64,000 nt of DNA, from the NCBI GenBank assembly GCA_013426185.1, contig CP058602.1, positions 138,231 to 202,230 of the forward strand. The letters are read 5' to 3'. Both the position numbers and the translations under genes were made by a program. Numbering within the stretch: the stretch's first letter is position 1; each line of letters opens with the position of its first letter. The stretch is from Candidatus Woesebacteria bacterium (GTDB lineage: Bacteria; Patescibacteriota; Microgenomatia; UBA8517). The notes beneath the pieces are model-generated. The model saw only the letters and a list, made by a program, of their open reading frames with translations. It searched no databases and was not told the DNA's origin. Below, piece after piece: positions 9,272 to 17,349 of this stretch.

Positions 9272-11875
9272 ATGGCAAATTGGAAGAGGGTTTTAAAGAG
9301 AAAAAAGCTTTCAAGATATATGTCAGTTGCTCCGAAGAGACTTGAGAAGAGTCAGAAGGTTCTTTTTTTTGCTAAGATTAGTTTTTTGTCTCTTTTGACT
9401 TTGTTTATTATTTTTATTGTTTCTATTCCTCTTTTTGCCTTTAATCTTCCCTCCCCTGATAAAGTTGTCCGCCGTGAGGGCTTTTCTACCAAAATTTTAG
9501 ATCGTAACGGTGAAGTTTTGTATGATATTTACGAAAATCAAAGGAGAACGCCAGTTTCTTTGAATGATATCCCTCTTTATTTGCGTCAGGCAACTGTTGC
9601 GGTTGAAGATAAGAATTTTTACAAGCATCAGGGCTTTGATGTAACAGGGTATCTGCGGGCTATTTTTAACATTGTTGTTCGTCACAAGTTGCAAGGTGGT
9701 TCTACTTTAACTCAACAGCTTGTCAAAAACACTCTCTTGACATCAGAAAGAACTCTTTTTCGCAAGATTAGGGAGTTTATTTTGGCAATTCAGATAGAGA
9801 GGAAATACACCAAGGATGAAATTTTGCAGATGTATTTAAATGAAGCCCCCTACGGCGGTACTGCTTGGGGAGTTGAGGCCGCATCCGAGCTTTACTTTGG
9901 CAAGAGCGTTAAAGATTTGAACCTAATAGAATCAGCTATTTTAGCCGGTCTTCCTCAACGTCCCTCAGTTTATTCGCCTTATTCTTCGACCCCCAAAGCT
10001 TATGTTGATAGAACGAAATCTGTTTTGCGCAGGATGAGAGAAGATGGTTATATCACAAAAGAGCAGGAAGACGAAGCTGTTAAGCAGCTTGAGAATGTTC
10101 AATTTAAGCCTAAAGAAACAGGTTTTAAGGCGCCGCATTTTGTCCAATATGTTCAAAAGGTTTTGGAAGAAAAATATAGCGAGGATGTAGTCACAAGAGG
10201 AGGGCTGAAGGTCACAACCACTCTTGATTTGAAGCTTCAGGAAAAAGCTCAGGATATTGTTAAAGAAGAAATTGCTAAGGTTGAAAAGTTAAATATCACC
10301 AATGGTGCTGCTGTTGTTTTAGATCCTGAAACAGGTGAAATTTTGGCAATGGTTGGTTCTAAGAATTTTTCAGACCCCAATTATGATGGCCAAGTAAATG
10401 TTACATTGTCTTTGCGTCAACCAGGTTCTGCCATAAAGCCAATAACTTATGCTGCTGCTTTCAAAAAGGGTTATACCCCTTCTACTCTTTTGATGGACGT
10501 TCCAACCGAGTTTGGAACAGGCCAAGGTGGAAAGCCTTATAAACCGGTCAATTATGATGGAAAATATCGAGGGCCGGTTCAGGTGAGATATGCTTTGGGG
10601 AATTCTCTCAATATTCCAGCAGTTAAGATGCTAGCTTTGGTAGGAATAGAAAACACTCTTCGGCTTGCTTATGACCTTGGCATTAATTCACTTGAGCCAA
10701 CGCGCGATACTTTAAGCAAAGTTGGACTTTCTTTAACTCTAGGTGGTGGCGAAGTCAGGCTTTTGGAGTTAACAAATGCTTACTGTGCTTTTGCCAATCA
10801 GGGATATCGAGTTGATCCTGTAGCTATTTTGAAAGTAGAAGATCTAAATGGTAAGGTTTTGGAGGAAGTTAAGCCCAAAAAGTCAAAGTCTGTCATCTCG
10901 CCTCAGGTGGCATATCTTATTGCCAACATTCTTTCTGATAATGATGCAAGGAAAGATGTTTTTGGTCCAAATTCTCTTTTGAATATTCCAGGAAGAACTG
11001 TAATGGTTAAAACTGGGACAACCAATGATAAAAGAGATAACTGGGCGATTGGTGGGAACACTCAAGTAATGGTTGGTGTTTGGGTTGGCAATAATGATAA
11101 TTCAGAAATGAAGCAAGTTGCATCAGGTGTTTCGGGTGCTTCTCCTATCTGGCGTCGAATTTTGCTTGAGGCGCTTTCTGGTAAACCCAATATTGGTTTT
11201 GAAAGACCAGATGGTATTGAAACTGTTGATGTTGATATTGTTTCAGGGTATCGCTCTCATGATGGTTTTCCTTCAAGGCCTGAGATTTTTATTAAGGGCA
11301 CGGAACCTGGTGATGATCCTGTTCATGTTAAGCTCAAGGTCTGCAAAAATGATGGGAAGATAGCAACACCAGCCGATATTGCAAGTGGTAATTATGAAGA
11401 GAAAGAATATTTTATCTTTAAGGAAGAGGACCCAACTTCAGGTGGTGGTCCTAATAAATGGCAAGAAGGAATTTTAAATTGGCTTTCAACTCAAAGTGAT
11501 CCTCGTTACCATCCACCAACGGAATATTGTGGAGCAACTAATCCCCTAAGTATCGATTTTGATACTCCTCGCGATAAAGATTCCAATATTTCTTCCAACT
11601 TTGAGGTGAGGTTAAAAGCTGATTCTACTTCTGATATTAAAGAAGTGTCTCTTTATATTGATGGTAGCCTTTTTCGCACTTTTACCAAGCCGCCTTATGC
11701 CGCGAATTTAAGTCTTGATAAGGGTGTTCATAGGCTTAAGGCAAGAGCAAAAGATCAAGATGGACATCAGTCAGAAAGAGAAATTACTATTGGAGTAGGG
11801 GTAGCTTGGGATTATGTCTCTCCCACTCCCCCACCAACCCTAATTGTTTCCCCATCACCCACACTTTCGCCTTGA
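9272..11875 (+). CDS. Class A penicillin-binding protein (glycosyltransferase GT51 plus transpeptidase) with a C-terminal Ig-like extension and a Pro-rich tail
   Basis: GT51 motif ATVAVEDKNFYKHQGFD; SxxK as GSAIKP; KTGTT motif. N-terminal TM anchor. Confidence 0.8.
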   Translation: MANWKRVLKRKKLSRYMSVAPKRLEKSQKVLFFAKISFLSLLTLFIIFIVSIPLFAFNLPSPDKVVRREGFSTKILDRNGEVLYDIYENQRRTPVSLNDIPLYLRQATVAVEDKNFYKHQGFDVTGYLRAIFNIVVRHKLQGGSTLTQQLVKNTLLTSERTLFRKIREFILAIQIERKYTKDEILQMYLNEAPYGGTAWGVEAASELYFGKSVKDLNLIESAILAGLPQRPSVYSPYSSTPKAYVDRTKSVLRRMREDGYITKEQEDEAVKQLENVQFKPKETGFKAPHFVQYVQKVLEEKYSEDVVTRGGLKVTTTLDLKLQEKAQDIVKEEIAKVEKLNITNGAAVVLDPETGEILAMVGSKNFSDPNYDGQVNVTLSLRQPGSAIKPITYAAAFKKGYTPSTLLMDVPTEFGTGQGGKPYKPVNYDGKYRGPVQVRYALGNSLNIPAVKMLALVGIENTLRLAYDLGINSLEPTRDTLSKVGLSLTLGGGEVRLLELTNAYCAFANQGYRVDPVAILKVEDLNGKVLEEVKPKKSKSVISPQVAYLIANILSDNDARKDVFGPNSLLNIPGRTVMVKTGTTNDKRDNWAIGGNTQVMVGVWVGNNDNSEMKQVASGVSGASPIWRRILLEALSGKPNIGFERPDGIETVDVDIVSGYRSHDGFPSRPEIFIKGTEPGDDPVHVKLKVCKNDGKIATPADIASGNYEEKEYFIFKEEDPTSGGGPNKWQEGILNWLSTQSDPRYHPPTEYCGATNPLSIDFDTPRDKDSNISSNFEVRLKADSTSDIKEVSLYIDGSLFRTFTKPPYAANLSLDKGVHRLKARAKDQDGHQSEREITIGVGVAWDYVSPTPPPTLIVSPSPTLSP

Positions 11876-11931
11876 AAATTTTTATTTGACAGATCAGTTA
11901 TAATATAGTTTAAAGCCTGCTTGTTTATTAG

Positions 11932-12294
11932 ATGACAAGAGAAATAACAAGGCATTCAAGTTGTGAGGATGAGCAAGAAGCGAGAGCTTTTGTTGGTCCT
12001 TATTGGAGTGAGTGGAAACACACTCTTCTTGATTATCTGAGTATTGAGGAATTTCCTGATGAATTGACAGAAAATACGCTTCATGAATGGTGGTGTTTGA
12101 GGATGAGGTTTATTCGTGGCATTATTGACAAGAATGAGTTTGATGAGGCGAGAGAGGAATTGTTTCCTGAAGGTGGAGAAATTACCAAACTTCTTGATGA
12201 AGATCCGAATGGTGTTTTAGCTCGTGGTATTCGTTATATAACTAAAAGAATATCAGATAAAAGTGATGGGGATATGAAAATCAGACAAAATTGA
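11932..12294 (+). CDS. Hypothetical protein (acidic, Trp-rich orphan)
   Basis: Clean 120-aa ORF with no recognisable motif. Its codon and residue composition differ from neighbouring genes. Confidence 0.3.
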   Translation: MTREITRHSSCEDEQEARAFVGPYWSEWKHTLLDYLSIEEFPDELTENTLHEWWCLRMRFIRGIIDKNEFDEAREELFPEGGEITKLLDEDPNGVLARGIRYITKRISDKSDGDMKIRQN

Positions 12295-12333
12295 GTGAGT
12301 TACTCCTACTTTTTTTGGATTAGTCTCTTTTTT

Positions 12334-14283
12334 TCACTTAACCGATCCCGCGTATTTTTTCTTAATTTCCTCGAGTATTTTTTCCCGCAGACTTGCAATT
12401 TCGGCGTCGTTTAGTGTTTTTTTGTTGCTTTGATAGGTGATTCTGAAGGTAAATGCATCTTGATAAATATCTTTTAGCTCTACATTTCTTATTAAATCGC
12501 TTGTTTTTCTGATTGATTCAATGACTTCACCAATTTTAGTTTTAGGAGGAAAAACGAAGGTTAGATCTTCAATCTGGGGTGGATAACTACTTACAGGAAC
12601 AAAAGTTTTAATCTTTGAACTATTTTTTAAAGCCTCAAGGTCAAGCTCAAATGCCCAGAGGATTTCTTTAACGGCGAAATTTTCTCTTACTTGTGGATTT
12701 ATTTCTCCAAAATAGCCGATATTTGACTCTTTTACTTTTATTGTCCCACTTTTTGCTGGATGAAAGATTGGTTCTTCTACTTCAAAGATAATTTTATAAT
12801 TTTCTATTCCCAGTCTTTCCAAGACTAAATCGATCGCCCCTTTAAACTCTCTAAATTCTACCCCCTTCCCTATAGCTGAAACTTTGTATTTTTCTTCAGG
12901 AAAAACTTTATCTATCTCAAAAAGTTTTACGGCTTTATCGGTATTTAATTTAGCGGCAAGAATAAGGCTTGGAATAAGAGATGACCTTAAATATTGATAA
13001 TCTAAACTAACGGGATTTTTAATTTTTATGTGTTTTTCAGGATCAGAAAGAGAATCTTTAATTATTTTTTCTGAGATAAGAGAGTAATTCATAGTTTCGC
13101 TGTAGCCTGATGCGATCATTATTTCTCTTAGTCTTTTTTCGATTTTGTTGTCTTTGAAGTAAGCTATTTTTTCTTCTTTTACTTTTCCTTCAGGTAGAGT
13201 TAAGGGAAAGTTATTGTAGCCGTAAATTCTGGCGACTTCTTCTATTAAATCCTCCTCGATTTTAAGATCGGATCTTTTAGTTGGTATAATGCAGGTTATT
13301 TTTTCGCCTTTAGCTTTAGGGTTTAAATTTAAGCTTGAAAAGATTTTTACCACTTTATCCTTTTTGATTTCTATTCCCAGTACTTCTTTTAATTTCTTTA
13401 GGTTAAGGTCAAGAGAATAAGGTTTGAATTCTTTTTGCTTTAAATCTATTAAATCTGAGGCCACTTCCCCACCGGCTATTTCGAGTATTAAATTGGCTGC
13501 TCTTTTGATGGCTTTAACAGTACCCCCTTTATCAGGGCCTCGTTCATAAATTGCTGAAGCGTCGCTTCTTAATCCTAGAGCAATTGAGGTTCTTCTTATT
13601 AATGCAGGATTGTTGATCGTTGAATGCAGGAGTATATTTTTAGTGTTTGCCTTAATTCCTGAGTTTAACCCCCCCTTAATGCCAGCCAAGTCTATAATTC
13701 TTTCTTTGTCTTTGATGATAATAGCGTCTTTTGGTAGTTTATAGGAAAGTTCATCAACGCTTGTAAATTCTTCCCCGCCTTGAGAAAGCATGACCGTCAT
13801 CTCGTGACCTTTAATTTCGTCATAGTCAAAAGCATGCATTGGCATTCCCATTTCAAACATCACAAAGTTGGTTATGTCAACAACATTGTTGATCGGTCTT
13901 AAGCCAACAGAAAGAATCCTTTTTTGAAGCCACTCTGGGGATGGTTTAATCGCTATTCCTGAGATGATAATTGCACTCCATCTCTCAATTGCCTGAAAAT
14001 TGTTCTTTAATTTTATTTCAAGGGTTTTTTTGGATTTTGCTAACTCTTTTATTTGTGGTTCTTTAACTTTATCGCCTTGGATTGCTGCTATTTCATAAGC
14101 TACACCAAGGATACTCATCCAGTCAGGCCGGTTGGCTGTGACCTCAATGTCTAAGACTTCCTCTCCGTTTATTTTTTCTAGCTTCTCTGATGTCAGGCCT
14201 ATTTCAGTCAAGCGCCACATTAAGTCTTTTAAGGGCAACTTTATTTCGATGTAGTCTTTGAGCCAAGAGACTGGTACTAACAT
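12334..14283 (-). CDS. pheT: Phenylalanyl-tRNA synthetase beta subunit (short form)
   Basis: N-terminus MLVPVSWLKDYIEI, then B3/4 and B5 regions. It is adjacent to pheS. Confidence 0.8.
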   Translation of the reverse strand: MLVPVSWLKDYIEIKLPLKDLMWRLTEIGLTSEKLEKINGEEVLDIEVTANRPDWMSILGVAYEIAAIQGDKVKEPQIKELAKSKKTLEIKLKNNFQAIERWSAIIISGIAIKPSPEWLQKRILSVGLRPINNVVDITNFVMFEMGMPMHAFDYDEIKGHEMTVMLSQGGEEFTSVDELSYKLPKDAIIIKDKERIIDLAGIKGGLNSGIKANTKNILLHSTINNPALIRRTSIALGLRSDASAIYERGPDKGGTVKAIKRAANLILEIAGGEVASDLIDLKQKEFKPYSLDLNLKKLKEVLGIEIKKDKVVKIFSSLNLNPKAKGEKITCIIPTKRSDLKIEEDLIEEVARIYGYNNFPLTLPEGKVKEEKIAYFKDNKIEKRLREIMIASGYSETMNYSLISEKIIKDSLSDPEKHIKIKNPVSLDYQYLRSSLIPSLILAAKLNTDKAVKLFEIDKVFPEEKYKVSAIGKGVEFREFKGAIDLVLERLGIENYKIIFEVEEPIFHPAKSGTIKVKESNIGYFGEINPQVRENFAVKEILWAFELDLEALKNSSKIKTFVPVSSYPPQIEDLTFVFPPKTKIGEVIESIRKTSDLIRNVELKDIYQDAFTFRITYQSNKKTLNDAEIASLREKILEEIKKKYAGSVK

Positions 14284-14284
14284 G

Positions 14285-15295
14285 TTAGAATTGGGACAGA
14301 ATTCTTAGGTCAGGTGTTGTTAAAATTCTCAAGTCGTTTATGCTGTAACGCAGGTTGACGATTCTTGAAAGACCAATGGCAAAAGCAAAACCCTGCCATT
14401 TTTTGGGGTCAATTTTGCCTTTTTTTAAAACATTAGGATGTATCATTCCAGCAGGCATTATTTCACTCCAGCCGGTGTTTTTACAGAAAGCACAGCCTTT
14501 GCCATGACAAATGGTGCATTGAAGGTAAGTATCAACTCCCGGTTCCACGAATGGAAAGTTAGTGGTTGCAAATCTTAGTTTTGTTTTTTTACCAAAAAGG
14601 CTTTTCAAGACAAAGCTGATTGTTCCTAAAAGGTCAGTAAAGCGAATGTTTTTGTCAACAGCAAACCCTTCCACTTGCCAGAATTCAAAGCCGTGCGATG
14701 CATCTACCTGCTCAAAGCGAAAGTTTCTTCCCGGAACCAAGACTCTAAAAGGTGGTTTTGTTTTTTCCATTACTCTCACCTGCATTGCTGAGGTTTGGGT
14801 TCTTAGGATTTTTCCGTTTTCAAAGTAAAAAGTCATTTGGGTATCTCTTGCCGGGTGATCTTTAGGTATATTTAGCGCCTCAAAATTGTAATAATCAGAT
14901 TCAATTTCAGGTCCTTCTGCAACCTGGTAGCCCAGATATTTGAAGATATCTTTTACTTCTTCCAAGACTTCTTTCAACGGATGTTTATGCCCCATTTCAG
15001 GTTTTGTGCCGGGTAAAGTTAAGTCAAACCATTCCCTTTTCTCAGTTAAGCTCTTGATAAGATTTTGTTTTTTGTCGTTAAGCAGTTCTTCTATATTTTT
15101 CTTGGTTTCATTAATCAAAAGGCCTGTCTGGGATCTTTTTTCAGGAGGCAAATCTTTGATTTTTTTGATTAGATTGGTTAATTTTCCGTTCCTGCCAAGG
15201 TAAGCAATGCGAATTTCTTCAAGCTCGTCTATGCTTTTTGCCGTGTTTATTTGTGCAAAAGCCTCGTTTTTTAGGTTTATTATGTCTTCGTTCAT
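14285..15295 (-). CDS. pheS: Phenylalanyl-tRNA synthetase alpha subunit
   Basis: Class II aaRS motifs (FRFEQVDASHGFEF, FPFVEPG). It is the pheS half of the pheST pair. Confidence 0.85.
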   Translation of the reverse strand: MNEDIINLKNEAFAQINTAKSIDELEEIRIAYLGRNGKLTNLIKKIKDLPPEKRSQTGLLINETKKNIEELLNDKKQNLIKSLTEKREWFDLTLPGTKPEMGHKHPLKEVLEEVKDIFKYLGYQVAEGPEIESDYYNFEALNIPKDHPARDTQMTFYFENGKILRTQTSAMQVRVMEKTKPPFRVLVPGRNFRFEQVDASHGFEFWQVEGFAVDKNIRFTDLLGTISFVLKSLFGKKTKLRFATTNFPFVEPGVDTYLQCTICHGKGCAFCKNTGWSEIMPAGMIHPNVLKKGKIDPKKWQGFAFAIGLSRIVNLRYSINDLRILTTPDLRILSQF

Positions 15296-15391
15296 AAATA
15301 AAAAACCTCCGATTTTGGCGGAGGTAATTAAGACACTTTACCCCAGCCTTACTTTATATTCTAAAGCAAAAGCTGGTGTAAATAAAAGATG

Positions 15392-15730
15392 TCATTTTAG
15401 GCTGGCAACAATTTTTTTGAAAACTTCAGGTGATTTGACAGCAATGTTGCTTAATATTTTTCTGTCGATTTCTATTTTATTGTCTTTCAAGAGTTTTATG
15501 AATCTAGAGTAAGAGAGATTTTCTTTTCGAACTGCAATGTTAAGCCTTATTATCCAGAGGCGCCTTAGGTCTCTCTTTTTGTTTTTTCTGCCAATATAAG
15601 CATACTGGCCTGCATGAAGAACTGCTTCTTTGGCAACCTTTAGCCTTTGACTTCTTGCCTGCTTGAAGCCTTTGGCTTTCTTTAGAATCTTGCGATGTTT
15701 TCTTGATGCTACTGATTTTGCTCTTGCCAT
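15392..15730 (-). CDS. rplT: 50S ribosomal protein L20
   Basis: N-terminus MARAKSVASRKHRKILKKAKGF is the L20 signature. Confidence 0.9.
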   Translation of the reverse strand: MARAKSVASRKHRKILKKAKGFKQARSQRLKVAKEAVLHAGQYAYIGRKNKKRDLRRLWIIRLNIAVRKENLSYSRFIKLLKDNKIEIDRKILSNIAVKSPEVFKKIVASLK

Positions 15731-15736
15731 TTTAGT

Positions 15737-15931
15737 TTATTTGCCAAGTGCTCTTTTTATTTTCTTGGCCCAAGTTTTGTGAGTTTTTACTACACGACTT
15801 AAAGATCTCTTTTTATTGGCTGATTTTTTGGTATTTAAATGGCGTTTAAAGCCCTGCTTTCGCAAAAGCTTGCCCTTTTTAGTAAGCCTGAATCTCTTGG
15901 TAATGATTTTTTTAGTTTTGATTTTCGGCAT
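15737..15931 (-). CDS. rpmI: 50S ribosomal protein L35
   Basis: N-terminus MPKIKTKKIITKRFRLTKKGK is the L35 signature. Confidence 0.85.
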   Translation of the reverse strand: MPKIKTKKIITKRFRLTKKGKLLRKQGFKRHLNTKKSANKKRSLSRVVKTHKTWAKKIKRALGK

Positions 15932-16475
15932 TTTTGTTTTCTCCTTCTTTTTTAACCTTGTTTAAGGGTGAAATCACGCTAGCTAGGTACCTTCCCAAAA
16001 ACTTCGGTTCCATATCTACGTTGATTTCCATTCCTACTTCAGCTATTACTCTTTTGATTATATCGTAGCCAAAGTTTTTGCTACCCATTTGTCTGCCTTT
16101 AAACTTAACCACGATTCTCACCTTGTTGCCGTCTTTTAAAAACTCTCTAATTCGTCCCAATCTGTTTTGAAAATCAGCTTCAGCTATAAAAGGTGAAAAT
16201 CTTATTTCTTTTGTTTCTCCTCCTTTTGCACCTTTTTTTTCTTTTTTAAGGCGTTTCTCTTGCTCGTATTTAAATTTACCGAGCTCGATCATTCTAACAA
16301 CTGGTGGATTGGCTTTAGGTGCAATCTCAACCAAGTCAAGTCCTAGCTCCTGGCACTTTTCAAGAGCCTCTTTTAAAGTCATTATGCCAACTAGTTTTTT
16401 GTTGGCATCAAGAACTCGCACTTTATCTGCTCTTATCTGTTGGTTTATTTTCCAGTTGTCTAAGATGTCTTTCAA
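15912..16475 (-). CDS. infC: Translation initiation factor IF-3
   Basis: INQQIRADKVRVLD ... LDLVEIAPKANPPVVRM IF3 N- and C-domain signatures. It sits in the infC-rpmI-rplT order. Confidence 0.85.
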   Translation of the reverse strand: MKDILDNWKINQQIRADKVRVLDANKKLVGIMTLKEALEKCQELGLDLVEIAPKANPPVVRMIELGKFKYEQEKRLKKEKKGAKGGETKEIRFSPFIAEADFQNRLGRIREFLKDGNKVRIVVKFKGRQMGSKNFGYDIIKRVIAEVGMEINVDMEPKFLGRYLASVISPLNKVKKEGENKNAENQN

Positions 16476-16535
16476 TTTAGCCTTAAAAATTACTGATTCA
16501 TTTTACTAGAAAAAATTTTTTAAATCAATACTAAT

Positions 16536-17345
16536 TTCCGTACACCCCCGGGGTGTACTGAGGCGACACCTCGGTATTATTTTTATTCAATAGCTAGAGC
16601 CTTGATTTTTGCCAGTTTTCTTTGGTAATCAACTTGATTGAAAGTAAATTCCACCATTTTTTCTATTGATGGAAAGAATTTGAGAAGAAATTCTTTGTCG
16701 ATAATCTTTAGATCTCTTGTTCCTAGATAATCAGGAAAAGAGGTCCCTGGATAGGTTTTTAGGTCTTCTGGATTTTTAATCAAAAATGAGGTTAAGGGAT
16801 TAAGATGTATGTAACGAGCTACATGTACAAATTGTTCGTCATTTTCTATTCTCACCGCCTTAAAACCGGATTGGAATAGAGCTCCTGGTCTTTTGTTCCT
16901 TGTATTGTAGAATTTAGCAATACTGTTTTGGAAGTTGCCGATAAAAGATGAGATTCCTTTTTCTTTTATTTCTTTAGCTAAAAAATGGAAATGGTTAGGC
17001 ATTAAAGAAAAGGTAAAAATACTGATTCTTTTAGTATTATTTTCGATTGTATTATCCCAGAATAAGTTTTTATCCTCCGAGCTAAGCCTTGCGTAATGGG
17101 AGTATCTTATATCTAGGTTATCAAAAGCGTAGAATTTTATAGTTTCGATGGCTCTGTCGAGTAGTCTTTTTGATACAAAGATTTTTTCAGAGCCGACTGT
17201 TTTGTTGAATATATGATAAATTTCACCTTTGACGATTGGTTCTTTTCTAAGGGCCATTATATAAAATTTACATTAACAATTACCGAGGTGTCAAGCTAGT
17301 ACACCCCCGGGGTGTGATTGGGGTGTGATTGGGGTGTGATTGCAA
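16536..17345 (-). mobile_element. REP/RAYT-like unit: one HuH transposase gene bracketed by about 37-bp imperfect terminal inverted repeats
   Basis: Left end is GTACACCCCCGGGGTGTACTGAGGCGACACCTCGGTA (16536-16572). Right end is its near reverse complement, TACCGAGGTGTCAAGCTAGTACACCCCCGGGGTGTGA (17281-17317). The unit lies in the thrS-infC intergenic space. Confidence 0.6.
16583..17257 (-). CDS. HuH Y1 transposase, IS200-like / REP-associated tyrosine transposase (RAYT)-like
   Basis: HuH motif in MPNHFHFLAKE and a catalytic Tyr motif ARYIHLNPL (the YIxxNP motif of RAYTs). The gene is flanked by inverted palindromic repeats. Confidence 0.65.
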   Translation of the reverse strand: MALRKEPIVKGEIYHIFNKTVGSEKIFVSKRLLDRAIETIKFYAFDNLDIRYSHYARLSSEDKNLFWDNTIENNTKRISIFTFSLMPNHFHFLAKEIKEKGISSFIGNFQNSIAKFYNTRNKRPGALFQSGFKAVRIENDEQFVHVARYIHLNPLTSFLIKNPEDLKTYPGTSFPDYLGTRDLKIIDKEFLLKFFPSIEKMVEFTFNQVDYQRKLAKIKALAIE

Positions 17346-17349
17346 TTCT

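Noticed and set aside
9121-9345. ORF-track CDS 9121-9345 (+), 74 aa
   Set aside because: It translates the iteron block of repeat R2 and runs into the real PBP start. It is a repeat-driven artefact.
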